DNA from: Blasia pusilla
Taxonomy: Eukaryota
Reading direction: 5' to 3'
Assembly: GCA_050084515.1 (NCBI GenBank)
Contig: CM114271.1
Span: forward strand, 27,962,001 to 28,026,000
DNA: 64,000 nucleotides
The notes beneath the pieces were generated by a model. That model saw only the letters and a list, made by a program, of their open reading frames with translations, was not told the DNA's origin and did no database searches. Shown here in pieces: positions 40,301-52,399 of this stretch (position 1 is the stretch's first letter; every line of letters starts with the position of its first letter). Position numbers and translations under genes: made by a program.

Positions 40301-43300
40301 TGCTTGCATCACAGCTATAAACAGGAATGTGTGTGCAGGTAATTATGGCTGATGAGCCAAAAACTTGAAACTATTGAATTTTTTCTATATTCCTAATAGG
40401 GCAGCCCAAAGCTGCCCCTCAACAAGGAAGCTTGAAGCCGCCGTTAAACCACACATGAGGTTTTTAGTTTACATTTGGAGAAAAACCTATATATTTTTAA
40501 AAAAACTGATCTCATAAGAGGACAGCATCCTCTTTTGATGGGTCACCGCAAATGGCTGTAACCCAACAAGGTACCTCTCTGGCAACCCCATTTTGGTTTA
40601 ACATAATGTGCCAGAACTGTTAGTTACGGAACTGCCATAGGGCAGCTTTGAGTCACCCTAATATGTATACGGGCATCTTATCTGCTTTACGATATGAGAT
40701 AGTCTGTTTTATACTTTGCCATACCTCCTGATAGTGGCTGCATGAGTTCCAGGATCCGGTCCACGACTGCTTCGCAGGTCATGTCTGATGAGAATTCAGG
40801 AGCTGGTTGAGTTAAAGATACTGGCCCTGGCCTGGGAGCCATTGCTTGCATCTGTGTTTGCTGCCGATACCTTGGTGCAAAAAGTAGAACTCTCCTCCAC
40901 CAATCTGCTGATGGATTGAAGCGTAAAGCATGTCCCAAACATCGCAGTGCCTTCTCCCAATCTAGACTCCCTTTTGGTATAGCATTTGCAACATCCTGAA
41001 GTATAGGAAAAATGGCAGCAGACATGGGTGAAGCCAATAATTCTATGTCAGAACACTCGTACTACCAATTCCGTTGACCACCAAAAATAACAAGGGAGCC
41101 ATGCACAACTTCACTGAAAAATAATTAGAGGAAAGATAGTTGAAAATCTTGCTCGAAGTTCACTCTGATTATACCTCTCCATGAAGAGGTTCTCCAAGGT
41201 TCCCAACATAAGTTAAGGCTGTCATCCTCAGTGTTGCAAAAGTTGGACAGTGAAGGTGATTGTCCAGCATGAGCATATGTAGAGCAATCTTATCACGCCT
41301 CCGATGAACCTCAAGAAATAAGGCAAACAGTACCTCATCTTCAGGAATATGCTCGATCCGCACTTGAGAGCGATCATGCAAAAGTGCATAGAAAGGTACT
41401 CGACACTTGTTTTCATCAATTAATGCCCAAATAAGGTCCACACAGCTGTGTAGCCAAGCCGTGGATTCAATTTTACAATCATCTCTACATGATTTATCAC
41501 TACCACTCGTTGACTTTGAGTCCCACTGATTTATCCATTGGACTACCAATACAAGTATATCAGAACATATTGTAGGCTTCAATTCTGACTCTAGAGCTGC
41601 CATCAAGATCTTGCAGACTAAAGGTCGCAGCCATGTTACCAACTTGGGAGCTGAGACTATTTTACTTGCTGGAACAGAAGTATTCCCTGCAGTTGCAACA
41701 ATTGACTGAAAAAAATTACTTGACGCATCTACTGTAGAATGGGCTGGGGAGGCTAATATATTGGAGATAGGAGCAGGAGACGCTGGGGAAGTCAACGAAG
41801 GTATTGATGAGCTTCCAATCATCATGTGCATGGCTCCACCTGCACCTGTTTGGCCGGTAGCTGATGTTGTTGTACTCTGGGGACCTGACTGCGGTCCTGT
41901 ACTCTCCCAAGAACCCACTGCTCGTAATAAAAGGGGAATGAAAGAGTCCCATCTCACCACTCCCAGTCTGGTTAAAGTCTGCAGTGCAAAAAGAAGAAAT
42001 TCAACCTGAAGGGCATGATAACTGCACTGCACCAGAAGTGCTGCAAGTACAGTTTCAGTTGCTGATCGCAGCTGCTCTTGATCCTGAGTCCCAGCACAAT
42101 CCACAAGAGTAGGTCAATTGAGGCAGTCAAGAGTTCTGAAAAGGATTCAACACACACAACACAGCACCAAGAATGGACCTCGAGGCCGAGAAAACCCCCA
42201 TGACTCCCAAATTTTTTGAAAAAAAACTACAGCACATCTTTATCCTGCATCCCATGATGGTTGAATTTGAAGTGATCATGGAAGTGGCACGGTAAAACAA
42301 GTGGTTCTTTGTGACCTACAGAAAAATGAATCTGCAATTCATGATAGTCCGAGGTGAATTGCTCATCCTTTGGAGGCTGAGGTCTATTTGATGCAGTCAC
42401 TGTCCGGCGAAGCTTTGAGACTCTGGGTACAAGCAGGAAAAGTACTTGTTAGAGTAGTTCGACATGACATCACAGTTGCAAGCCACATATTTAGCTGGTA
42501 AGCAAATATCCAGACATGTCCCTGCTCTCGGAAGAGATTAGTTCCTGACAGTCTGCAAATTTCAGGCTAAACCGACAATACATCCATTATGAAAATTTTC
42601 CTTCATTGCCATTTGAGCATATTTTCCATCTCTGATCCCTATAAAACCATTCACTCTCTGAGTCTCAACATTACTAGGGCTCAACTTCTAAATGACCATC
42701 AATAACAAGTCTTGTTTTTACCAAAAAAAAATTAAGCATCACACTATTTCCCTCGCCTCAAAAACTCACGACCTTTTGTACAGGGCCAGCTTGGACCATC
42801 TAGCACGCACAAAATGTTAACTTGAAGCTAAAAAGAGAGGCACTTTTAACTTGAAGCTAAATAGAGGGGCACTTACTGTTGCTCTCGTGTAATTGCCTCA
42901 CTTTTGCTGTTGGTTGGACGCTGAATTCACAAAGCAAGCACACAATTATTCGTCTATTTACCAAAATCGATGTCATGTCCCACTTGATTTTGAAACGCAG
43001 CTTCACAGACCAGACCCATTAACTAAAGCCACTAGATTTCAGTATTATGTGAAGAACAACCGCTGTAGGATCAACTGCATTCCAGTGCTGCTCAATCGTT
43101 TTGAGTAAGTCCAGTGAACCAGCAGGAGTCAGAACTCAATAAGGCAGCTAGAGGTTGACACATGTACACTCCAGAGAATGAAGTGATGACTTCAATTGTT
43201 CTTGGAGACCAAAGGAAGAGTTAAAGCACTAAAACGGCACCAATAACGAGGAACAATGAATAGAGAGGTTCACGCAAGTTGAGGAAGTGGGGTTTAGGAT

Positions 43301-44298
43301 TGAGGTTAACAAAGTCTGAAGCACCTCTCTGAAGTTCAACTCCACGAAGCACAATAGATGATGTGTAGTGACAGATAACCAAGGATATGAAGAGAACTTG
43401 TTTTACAACAGAAAGATTGGGGTACTTTTTTTCTGTAACTCTTGATGGAGGGTTGTGAGATGAAGAAGAACACAAGGAAACCGTCCAACAAAATCCAGAA
43501 CGAAAAAGAGATCTGGAGACTACGTTACAGACAAACAGTGAGGCGATTGAGATAAAAAAGTCTCTAAGGACGTTCAGAATTGAATGGGTTTTGTCACTTT
43601 CACTCCATACTTGCCGCGTATATCTTGGACGAGCAACCATTGAACCTCGTGCATTAGCTTTGTCGCAACACTACCAATTTCAGTAAAGTAGAGTTCATAA
43701 TAATTCTATCCTCCATTTGAAAACTTCCATCCGATACCTCAACTGCAGTCAAATTCAATTTCATCGTCTTCCCGAAGAGTACTAAAGCAAGGAAATGTGC
43801 CATAGTCTCTGGAAAATTTGTTTCCGTCAATCTGAGACGTTTCTCGTATTGGCCAAGTACTATCTCTCAATCCTTCAGACATTTCTACCGTATTTGGATT
43901 TACATGAAGTCGCGGGTGCTCGGACCTGTGGCCCACGTCCTTCCTCCCTTTAGCAGCTGTAGCAGCTGTTGCAGGAGAGAGGCCCCAGAATTGTGTCTGT
44001 GAATGTGTTCGCCTTCATGATTTTATTTTATTTTTTAATTTAAGCTCCAAAAAAGCACTTGGGCATATGAGTCAGCTGAAGTCTTTCACTTCTTCACAGA
44101 TGATTTCGTAATAATACCAATACCACAGGCAGACAATTTTCCATTGTAAGCAAGGAAAATTCTTCTAAAGTAATGCCTATGCATTCTTACCCCAAGATAA
44201 AGATTGAAAAGATCCTGCACAGCCAAACGTAAGCTCCCTGCCGCTCCTCCTACACCGCCTCCTACTCCTCCTCCTCCTCCGCTCGAAGTCAACTCCAT
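10096..44298 (-). CDS. MED23: Mediator of RNA polymerase II transcription subunit 23, 21-exon gene (~1610 aa)
   Basis: Spliced translation resembles plant MED23 along its length (DLFNLYLG, EFLLFAL, HLHCPTF, WQEWL, LLPLYRYQGK, EFTETLNR, YPxFFD, HAV...SIYAATHPKLVQ). All 20 introns are GT-AG. Exons sum to 4832 nt, one short of 1611 codons (see exon 11). Confidence 0.95.
10465..11077 (+). mobile_element. solo LTR-like element, family Y, in MED23 intron 20
   Basis: Near-identical to 14731-15366; TATATAA box and repeated AACCTGAGTGG motifs; flanks AGAGA/AGAAA. Confidence 0.75.
11117..11220 (-). CDS. MED23: MED23 exon 20
   Basis: TLALLFTIMADVFGRN...EISDLVDF. Confidence 0.88.
11478..11659 (-). CDS. 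MED23: MED23 exon 19
   Basis: NTLALLHAFGSNLPYDWLEG...AFRIMGPLLPRL. Confidence 0.9.
11868..12606 (-). CDS. MED23: MED23 exon 18
   Basis: ...KAFYQNQDPGTYSQLVLETAVVELLSLP...IQACGLLLAQLP...DPTWAVQD. Confidence 0.92.
12736..12976 (-). CDS. MED23: MED23 exon 17
   Basis: YPIFFDEMCLRALPVIPLIIYRLIEND...FVRDTLAYFYG. Confidence 0.9.
13377..13528 (-). CDS. MED23: MED23 exon 16
   Basis: LLVDRQEFQQRVQQFC...EHWL...ALGQHLAGKD. Confidence 0.88.
13778..13903 (-). CDS. MED23: MED23 exon 15
   Basis: DLLLRAS...LPFDIILLALADRDDDPNALRLV. Confidence 0.9.
14167..14280 (-). CDS. MED23: MED23 exon 14
   Basis: GRLMKELSPEEVTQNIYIMVDVLLH. Confidence 0.9.
14731..15366 (+). mobile_element. solo LTR-like element, family Y, inserted in a truncated family-X LTR fragment
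   Basis: 5-bp TSD TATAC (14726-14730 / 15367-15371). Flanks at about 14640-14730 and 15372-15390 match family X in reverse. Confidence 0.8.
16270..16410. repeat. 8-bp tandem array (GrCCAAGT) in the Copia-A 3' LTR
   Basis: Read directly; a longer version lies at about 26220-26402. Confidence 0.9.
16584..19260 (-). pseudogene. Copia-A integrase-RT-RNase H (frameshifted)
   Basis: IHSDLAGP, RTDGGGEY, QNGSAERLNRT, HQMDVKTAFLHG, LYGLKQS, YVDDL, YADASFA, STTEAEYIA. Confidence 0.92.
19261..24569 (-). mobile_element. Ty1/copia retrotransposon Copia-B, copy 1
   Basis: LTRs 23948-24569 and 19261-19880; TSD CTTGA; PBS GGTTATGGGCCC; PPT AGTGGGAG. Confidence 0.96.
19888..23943 (-). pseudogene. Copia-B1 gag-pol (one stop at ~22780, two frameshift sites)
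   Basis: CKYCNMLNHTEEVC knuckle, WYIDSGATSH, IHSDVCGP, YKARLVAKG, YVDD, YSDADWAG. Confidence 0.93.
24575..26059 (-). pseudogene. Copia-A gag/protease/GAG-pre-integrase (frameshifted)
   Basis: FDGSNWKEWK, WILDSGSNSHVC, LWHNRMGHLN. Confidence 0.88.
26220..26402. repeat. 8-bp tandem array (GrCCAAGT) in the Copia-A 5' LTR
   Basis: This LTR is 64 bp (8 units) longer than its partner. Confidence 0.9.
27329..27355 (+). mobile_element. Helitron-type 3' terminus (5' end not located)
   Basis: Short GC hairpin CCATGC-CTT-GCACGG followed 7 nt later by CTAG|T. Confidence 0.5.
27487..28152 (-). mobile_element. older truncated family-X LTR with a ~218-bp insert (27634-27851)
   Basis: Matches 33950-34405 with more divergence; the insert is flanked by CTGCAGCA on both sides. 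Confidence 0.7.
30381..30560 (-). CDS. MED23: MED23 exon 13
   Basis: VEATVMHHCQQ...SFPQHRQYLCAGAW. Confidence 0.9.
30861..31109 (-). CDS. MED23: MED23 exon 12
   Basis: GATTEFTETLNR...KTRGIA...WSEKTMRHFP. Confidence 0.9.
31308..31469 (-). CDS. MED23: MED23 exon 11 (apparent 1-nt deletion near 31383-31385)
   Basis: YQGKIKQLIFDIAKIL...KRGEHRL, then the expected FRLAENLGLNLILSMRE continues in a shifted frame. Confidence 0.85.
31627..31721 (-). CDS. MED23: MED23 exon 10
   Basis: GMMQRYQQGLAKPGVSLLLLELLNYRLLPLY. Confidence 0.88.
31929..32012 (-). CDS. MED23: MED23 exon 9
   Basis: TVPNIGMVETYVRFLLVAPQTLFRHHVN. Confidence 0.88.
32624..32898 (-). CDS. MED23: MED23 exon 8
   Basis: ERVLDYSNLDDKSMGMVWVLSHT...IFAGQ. 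Confidence 0.9.
33163..33391 (-). CDS. MED23: MED23 exon 7
   Basis: LETAQKILSFH...LLDFVGSSQILRLWSLN...DEWWKQ. Confidence 0.88.
33723..34405 (-). mobile_element. solo LTR, family X, in MED23 intron 6
   Basis: Reverse complement of 8588-9268; flanks CAGAA/GAGAA (4 of 5 match). Confidence 0.88.
34454..39755 (+). mobile_element. Ty1/copia retrotransposon Copia-B, copy 2
   Basis: LTRs 34454-35074 and 39137-39755; TSD AGATG; PBS GGTTATGGGCCC; PPT AGTGGGAG; near-identical to 19261-24569 in opposite orientation. Confidence 0.96.
35079..39129 (+). pseudogene. Copia-B2 gag-pol (frameshifted)
   Basis: ORF pieces 35099-36310, 36526-36984, 36842-38011 and 38005-39129 carry the copia motifs. Confidence 0.93.
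39884..40131 (-). CDS. MED23: MED23 exon 6
   Basis: ...WQEWLSFADLFYFFMRSG...RSNHVTWLLAQ. Confidence 0.88.
40399..40658. mobile_element. MITE (~260 bp) in MED23 intron 5
   Basis: TIRs GGGCAGCCCAAAGCTGCCC / GGGCAGCTTTGAGTCACCC; TAATA on both flanks. Confidence 0.7.
40725..40995 (-). CDS. MED23: MED23 exon 5
   Basis: DVANAIPKGSLDWEKALRC... Confidence 0.9.
41175..42083 (-). CDS. MED23: MED23 exon 4
   Basis: DQEQLRSATETVL...HLHCPTF...GEPLHGE. Confidence 0.92.
42320..42422 (-). CDS. MED23: MED23 exon 3
   Basis: ...NRPQPPKDEQFTSDYHELQIHFS with AG/GT borders. Confidence 0.8.
42877..42920 (-). CDS. MED23: MED23 exon 2
   Basis: CAG|RPTNSKSEAITREQ|GTAAGT; phase fits exon 3. Confidence 0.7.
44191..44298 (-). 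CDS. MED23: MED23 exon 1
   Basis: MELTSSGGGG...AVQDLFNLYLG then donor GTAAG. The start codon choice is inferred. Confidence 0.85.
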
Positions 44299-44723
44299 CG
44301 TGTTACTACTATCCGCCTCTCCACGCAGCATAACATTCAAACTCCTCTTCCCTCTATTCTTTGGTCACCTTCAGAACTTCAGTGCAGCAATTGGAAATTC
44401 GCTCTCATCTCCGCGCGTGTGTCTCACAGCTCTGGTTCAACTTCTCAGGACGGAAGTCGAAGTCGGTTAGTCTCTCGCTCGCTCCGTCCATCCATCACAC
44501 AAGTAGGGAGGAGGAGGACGTAAATTTTTTTACGTCTTTCAAACGTTTGACCGTAAAATACTATTCCGTTTCTGTGATTTCAACGGTGCGAATAAAATTC
44601 ACGGTCACCTAGTTTTAAACCCTAAGAGGACACCGTCTACCTAGGCCTTACCCGCGGAATGTATTTGACCACATACCAAGTTGTGAATAGCGTTCGATCC
44701 TCCATACTTTTACGGGAGAGTTC

Positions 44724-45115
44724 TTTCTTGATTTGCAAACACCTATATGCTTACACATGACAAATGGGCAGCAAGAAAATGTTTCACATGCTACGCGCAA
44801 CAAGAAAAAAATTTATATTTATGTGCAACATCATTAATATCTTCCCTTCATGGGTTTACACTAGCTCTTCAAACCCTTTTTATTTCCCTTGCATTGTACG
44901 GGCACTTATCTACATTATTATGGGAGAGTGCCTTCTTCATTTGCAAACATTTCTTTGCTTGACACATGGCAATTGGGCAACAATAAAATATATCACATGC
45001 TACGGGCAACAAGAAAAAAAAATTGTATTTATGTGGAGCATCATTAATATCTTCCCTTCACAAGCTATACACAAGCTCTTCAAACACTTTTTTATTTCCT
45101 GTGCATCGCACGGAT
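44724..45115. repeat. degenerate two-copy tandem repeat (~210-bp unit) upstream of MED23
   Basis: ATTTGCAAACA...CACATGCTACGsGCAACAAGAAAAAAA...CATCATTAATATCTTCCCTTCA occurs twice. Confidence 0.8.
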
Positions 45116-45508
45116 ACCTTACTAGTTGCGTTTATGAGACATCCTAATGAGTTGTCAAGGAGACGGCACCAAGGCCATCACATCATCCTATTAGGTCGTC
45201 TCATATGGCGGACGTAAATTTTTTTATGCCCTCGGGTGTCTGATCATAAAATATCTGCTACTTCTATTCACGTTAAAATAAATTTAATATTTTTAGATTT
45301 CGTAGTTTAGAGCACATGTGACTCAACCATTGTGTGGCGCTTTGAGAGGGGTGGGGAGAAATTAATTATAAACATGTGTGTAGGAAACATGGATGGCTAG
45401 ATAGTGAGGAAAAAAAACAAGGAGAACTTGTAAGGGCCATAAATAAACTATGAGTGGGCTTGGACGTCCAGCCGTAAAATATGCACGTCCACATCCAATG
45501 GCAAACCT

Positions 45509-45669
<161 letters not shown>

Positions 45670-48600
45670 CCACTCACTCGCAAACATCCGCTGCCACAAT
45701 GTATGCTACAGTCTACTGCAGTCCCACATCAACCCGCACAAACAAAATCTGAGAAAAACGGATATTGCTTCCACGCACAATCTTCCAAACAAAAAAATGA
45801 CCCCAAAAAATGCCAACCGTCTCTAGGGGCTCCCAATTGAGGAAACTCGCTTGCCTACGTACGTACAACGAAATCTCCCTACCCCTTGACATCTTTCTCA
45901 TATAAATTTAGAGGAGAAACATCTCACATCGCTAACTCCACTATCGACTCCACATTGTCATATCGAGCCACATGCACCCTCCGCTATGAAGAAAACCGAA
46001 TGTTAGCACCCTAGTTCCTATTGCACACAAAGCAAGAGAGATGCTCCAAAGGCTCAACATGAGAGAGATGGTTTGGGAAATCTATCTCTCCCCTCTTATA
46101 GCCTTGGGAAGAGCCAAAAAGGCTCTTCCAAAACAAATAGCCTCCAAACATTAACGTGCGTGCACATGTTACCGTATGACCCTTGATCCGGTGGCTAGAT
46201 TACATGTGGACAAAATCCGTATTTGTACAATGGAAGGACTAGTCTATGTGGACCCCAACTTCCCTTTCTTTCTCACTCTCTCCACTTCCCTTCATGTTCG
46301 GTAATTTCCGCGTTTCTTCCTCCCTCCACCTCCACTCCCTCCCCCTTATTGCCCCACTCGCCCTTATCCTACCTTACATCATAAGCTATAATTTTGGGCC
46401 CCACCTCTTGCAATCCATGTCCGTAGAGATGTCGGCCCATATCTATTTTGCAACCATGACCGATGGACTGGTCATCTGGCTGACAAAGACCATAATAGGG
46501 AAATCATTAGAAACGGTGGTCCTGATCCAACAGACCTGTTACCAATTTCATCCAACATCTTAGGACAAAGTTACACCCAAACAGCCCGTTGACCCTCTAT
46601 GTCGTTGATGCGATAGAACTCCATATGTTGGCTAGCTAAGATGTGACACCTTCCTCACATGAATCATGATTGAATGACATAATTAATAAACAGTGGTAAC
46701 CATCACTCTTCTCTTAAAAGTTTTTTGTGTAATTATGTCGAATGTTGTGTGGTGGAGTAGACAACAATTAAACGAGCTAAGAAAAGCCAAGTATGTCCAA
46801 ATTAAATCTATGGGTTTTTATGAGATCATTACAACATGGGAAGGTCTGAATGATGTGGAACTAAAATTCTCATATCATATATCTTTTTCAATAATCTGAG
46901 AATATACTTCATCCATATGTTTGAACATTGATGTTTGAAACTAACATCCATGAATTTATACAAACATAATCTTATGTTAAACCTACTAAATGAATTCTGG
47001 AAATCATATCTAAAACTAAAAGAAACACAAATTCTGTGCACATATGACAAAATTGGATGGTGATATGTTTTGATGTACATAACCATGAAAGGTTGTATAG
47101 TATGGAATATAACCATGTGGTTTTTCTTCCTCTATTAGTTCCCTAATCTTCTAAAAAATTGAATACAAAAGCGAAAATCTGCTTAGAATTAGTAGTGTGT
47201 GTTATAAAACATCCCTACAAACAAATCCATAAAGAAGCCTATTGAATTGTAGACTACATTGTGGACCTCTATTGGAAAATGAAGACCCTTTTCTTAAAGT
47301 TGTGAGAATCTAAGAGAATGCACGATAGGAGGCTCATCTATTGCATCGAGAATGATGGATTGGTCTTCATTTGTTCAATGATTATTTTGAACTGTAACAT
47401 AGTTGTGCATTGTTACATAACTAGAGACCCACCTAACTTGTTTTCCGAAAACAAGTTAGGTGTATTCAAGTCATTTCCTCAACTCTCGCAATGAGTGCCA
47501 TCAAGACTTAAGAACAACCATATAGTGCTCATTATCACTTTTCTATTTATGAGGCAAGTGTTGAAGTCTTCCTTGTCCTTTTCTCATGATCTTGAAAAAG
47601 CTGGAACCAAATGTGGAAGGAGTGAATATCCACTATTACCAAGTAAGAACCAGTGTTCCTTGAAAACTAAGGGATTTAACATGAGAAACCAAATTGGTGA
47701 TCGCTTCAAGAAAATAAAATTATAGCAACACCCTAGTATACTTGAAGCACAAAAACTTGTGGGATTAAATTGGTCTGCAAGATTTGAAAACATCACAACA
47801 CAACAAAATATTGGAGCCTATACCAGTGAATAGAAAGATGGTTTTTCTCTTATTTTTGCATACAATTTGAGCATTCATATTGTAGTTGGACTTCCTATTA
47901 TATTAAGTTTCACCACAAAATTTGGTCATTAATTCAAAGGTTCCAAAGATCCATGGATTTATCCAACAAGATCTAGAATCCTTTGTTTTTTGCAAATTCC
48001 TATAATATCCATTATCACTCAATTTTATCAAGCCAGTGAACCTCATTCCTCAAGCAGTCCTTCAAAGCCACCATGCACCACTTTGTGAAGTGTAATAAAG
48101 ATCCTTGCAAGACACCCCACAATAATAGGGATTTGGCTAAGCAAGCATCATTCTATTGTGTCCAAACCTATCAAATGCAATAGCCAATTGTATAGTTACA
48201 CGAACTTGTTCCCTACCCCATGGATTGATGAATAATGAATGGTCCTCTATGAGGTAGACCAAGAAAAAAAAGAATGTGAATGACATCTGTGTTAATTTCC
48301 TAAAAGATTAAGCGAAAAGGTTCACAAAGTAGCTTTCTACAAAATATGGCTCTTAGCAAATCCCTCTTGAGGGTGGAAATATCAAGTGTGAATCATGCAC
48401 ATGTATAGCTCAACAAGCTTAAGCCCTCTTTCTTCTTCACGTTCTTTGTACTGAAATTTACCTTCTATGAATATCATCAAGTAGTGCGTAGTCTCGGAGC
48501 TTCAATATTTCCTTGGAGCCTAAGGTGAAAAAATCCTCTAAATCTCTATCAAAGCTAGATTCAAAGAGAAGCTCCATTTCCCTCTCTAAGAGTTGGGGCA

Positions 48601-49558
48601 TGTTATTATGAAATAAGTGATGTAGAAAATCTTGACACAAGGAAAACTATTCATTAGAAGAAACGCTTGGTTTTATGACTAGGATACATGACTTATATGA
48701 GTCATATATCCCGATCAATGACTAGGAATAATTGGTTGCTTGTTAAAACACAATAGCCAAGTCATACATGCCAAATGACTAACATTACTATCTTAGTGAG
48801 TTTATATGAAGGAATGAATCATGTAGTCATTTCATCACAATTTCCATGTCACTAATATGATGCATACAAATGAATAATTAGCTTATGACATGGAAAAGGC
48901 GCTTCATCATATGCAAAGACACGTTCGCAAGATAAATTGCATGTCAACCTAATCAAATGACATGTCAACAGTTGACATGTACTAGAGGATACCTCGTGCC
49001 TATTCATCCTCGGGTTAAGCTAACCCGAGGTCGAGGCACGGTTGCCCAAGCTGTCGGGAAGGGGTTTCCATAAGGGTTTAGCATGGCGGACGGCGTAGGA
49101 GTGAGCCTATTTTTTGAAAGCCAAGGTAACTCGCAGGAAAACCGAGGTAAGGCAGAGGCAGTCGGGGCAGAGGGGATCCCCAGAGGCAGTCAAGGCAGGA
49201 TCCGCACCTAGATTGTGAGGGGGAGGGCCAACATCAGTAGGGAGGAGTCGAGGAGTTTGAGACATTGCAAGAAGGTACATAGGAGCAGGAAGGAGCTAGT
49301 GATTTTGTGAGGCCCAAGGTGAATAATTCTTCTGGTCCTGTGTTATTCATTTTTTGCTCGTTGTAGTGTCAAGTTCAAAATTTCCTCTTCTTTTGTTCCC
49401 TTCTTCAGCTCCTTTGCCATTTCTTTGTTTTAATTCTTTGTTGGGGACATTCAATGTCAATCAGGTCACTTTTGAACATTCGACGTAAACATGTTTGAAC
49501 ACCCTCAACATGTAGTTCAGATATCTCCTCCGCGACCGTTTTTTTCTAGTCATCTGAA

Positions 49559-50400
49559 ATGGAAAAAGAGGAGGCCACAATCCCTCTGGATAGGTTCAAC
49601 AATTTTCTTGAAGGGGAGAGAAACAAAGAGAATTTTCATTGTGCCATCAAGATTAGAAATTCAAGTGAGAGGACAACATCTCGGCACATTATCCGATATT
49701 TGTGTGTTTATGGATCAGATGACCTTCGGAACATGGTGGAAAAAGATCTCCCCAGCAATGTAGAAAAAGGGAAAAAAGAAAGGTCCAAACAGTAGACCTC
49801 TTGCTCAATCGCCATTACTTGGTACATCTATTTCTCGAGGATGTCAATGCCACTTTGCAAAGGTGATGTATGTAGAACAACCAAAATTATGTTTGATTCA
49901 TTGGATGCATCATGAACACACTGACAAGGATAATGAATTTTATCGTGGGATGTTGGATAAGAGTGCAATTGTTGCAAATCCTCATATTGCCTCACGTCTA
50001 TCTAATAAATACTATGAGTTTGTTGAACATCTATTGAGCTGGTGTTCAGCCTGCACATGTTCTAAATGAACATTATCGACATATCAAAGAGAGTTTTTCG
50101 GGAAGTACACTTGAGAAGGTCATTTGGTCAAGAAATATGAATCTCACCATGAAAGATATTTGTAACATCATACTACAATTGAAGTTAAATTCACATCATT
50201 ATAATCCATGTGATGCAACGATAGTAAGAATGTGGGTCCAACAACATCCTTGTTTGGCTTTGTTCTATCGAGAACAAAGGAAACCACAAGGTGTTCTATT
50301 TTGCTGAGTAGTTGCAACGCCATGGATGGTTGAGAAGCTTGGTACATTCAGCCAAGGAGGTGGAGTGAGAATGGAATCAACTTTTGGAACTAACCTTTAT
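49559..50400 (+). pseudogene. MULE/SWIM-type transposase remnant
   Basis: IPLDRFNNFLEGE, YLCVYGSDD, RGCQCHF, MWVQQHP and STFGTN resemble, from memory, plant MULE-derived SWIM zinc-finger proteins. Heavily disrupted. Confidence 0.6.
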
Positions 50401-51059
50401 GAGGCAATACATTACATATATCCACTAATTTGGTGTCCAGATATGGACACCAAAGGCAGTAAATATTCTAAAATAAAATTATTGAAGTATGGTTTTGATC
50501 TTGTGTGGTGTAAGAATCCATAAGTTTGCAATTTGAACTAAATATCTGAATTTTCTTTTGTGTTTGAAGTTCCAAATTGTTTACACTTTTATGCTATGAT
50601 GAATTCCAAAATGAAATTCCATGCGTTTGGGCTTTGATGGAAAGACACACATAAGTTGATATTGCAGAGGTCTTAAGTGCCATCAAATTGTAAGTGAATA
50701 ATTATATAAGGGAAGTACTTAAATCTTGTGAGTTATGGAGGTCGCCCTCTTTCATAGTGGATAATTCCAAAGAGGTATAGACTACAATAGAGTATATGTT
50801 ATTTGATAAATTACCCCATCCTATGTGAATTTGTCTAGATGACTTCTCAGATGAGAAGAGTTTCACATGAAATCCTAACCTGACATTGCTTGCTCTAAAG
50901 CTTTTTATATGCTCATTGAACTCATGGCCATGTAAGATCAACAAAGGCATATTGCCAAGCCTTCCTCTAAAAAAAAATACTCTTGAATGGCTCAGTATTG
51001 GCTCGTTGCCAACAATGATTCGCCTCGGGCTCCACCCCTGCCAATGCCGTGTAGACTCC

Positions 51060-51950
51060 ATTCCACCTCGCAGCTCCACCTCCATCCTCTGAAAAATCGA
51101 GCTTGCTCACTCAAACTTCCTCCCTCCCTCCCTCCCTTCGAGATCAGAGTTGGCTCCATGCTCGCTCAGAGCGCGAGTTGAAGCAAGCTCGCCTCGCTCT
51201 GCCCGCCCTTTGCTGCTCGCCTCGCTCAGAGCGCAATCCCGAGCTTAAACAACTCGAGCTCGTTTGAGCTTGAGCTTGAGCTCTCTCTCCTCCCTTGGAG
51301 CCTCTCTCCGCCCCCCGCCGCTCACCTCGTTGAGAGCGTGAGCTCTCTCTCCTCCCTTAGAGCCTCTCTTTCCGTCCTCTGCCTTGCTCCACCCGCTCTC
51401 CTCTACTCGCCTCCCTCATAGCAAAAGCGAGAGCGCAAGCTCGAGATCATTTGAGCTCGAGCTCTCTCTCCTCCCTCAGAGCCTCTCTCTGCCCTCCCCC
51501 TCGCATTGCCCGCCCTCCGTTGCTTGCCTCACTCAGAGAGCAAGCTCGAGCTCTCTCTCCTCCCTTGCCTTCCTCCGCCCTCCGCCTCACCTCAAGCTTG
51601 ACCTCCTTGCCTCGCCTTGAGCTCGACCTCCTTGCCTTGCCCGATCAAACCTTCTCTTCTCTCCTCTCTCGCCACTTTGCTTCGAATCCTATTGAGCTCC
51701 TACACGTTGCTCGCTTGATCCCTCCCTCGATCCCGATCAAACCCTCTCTCCTCTCCTCTTGCTTGACAATAGGTTTGATTCTGATCGAACCCTCTCTCCT
51801 CTCCTCTCGCTTGACAATGGGTTTGATGCCAATCAAACCCTCTCTCCTCTCCTCTCCTCTCGCTCGATTCCAACTGCGTTCCTCCCCTCTCTCCGCCGCT
51901 CACGCTTCGCCTCCCCTTCGGAGCTCTTGCTCGGCCCTGCCTCTCTGGCT
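51060..51950. repeat. pyrimidine-rich degenerate repeats inside the MULE
   Basis: Recurrent GAGCTCTCTCTCCTCCC and a ~48-bp tandem unit at about 51735-51865. Confidence 0.75.
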
Positions 51951-52032
51951 GCTCCTCCCGCCGGTAACAAAATTCTATTGCCACCCGAGCATGCTCAGGT
52001 AGCCCCGCCGCGACCTCAGGTTAGCTTAACCC

Positions 52033-52399
52033 TGTCATGACCATACGGATTATGTCGTAGAGTATAGTGTGCTAGTAGAGGCCATACCTTATGTAGGGCC
52101 GCAGTGTTTAGGTAGAGATGCGATTTCATACATAGGGTTGGGGGTTACTCGATTGAGGGAGAGTTTTCCAGTAGGGCCCGCTCTTAGGTTGGAGGATATA
52201 AGGTGGAGTGCACTCAAAGAACAGTCAGTTCTTTGAGTTGAGCCTGTTGCGTTGGGAGTTAGCCTTGGTAGTGAGTAGAGCTCTTGGCTATGGTGTTTCC
52301 CCAAGCTTTGACCTAGATTCTCCCATCGTGGAGTGGGTTTGGCTCGATTGTATGTGATTCTATATGTGTTTTATGACAGTAGGTTTTTCACGAATTTCA
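52033..52399 (+). repeat. repeat A1
   Basis: Direct repeat of 62239-62589, with roughly ten differences including a ~17-bp indel. Confidence 0.95.
52197..52238 (+). promoter_or_regulatory. candidate TATA box and transcription start of the retroelement
   Basis: TATAA at 52197-52201. AGTTCTTTGAGT starts 30 nt downstream and is complementary to 52399-52410. Confidence 0.55.

Noticed and set aside
43221-43936. Short ORFs in MED23 intron 1
   Set aside because: No recognisable homology, and they are not needed for the spliced frame.
46600-48980. Possible decayed transposase and outer element around the MULE (with 62730-63600)
   Set aside because: AT-rich and stop-ridden; no termini or catalytic motifs I can support.
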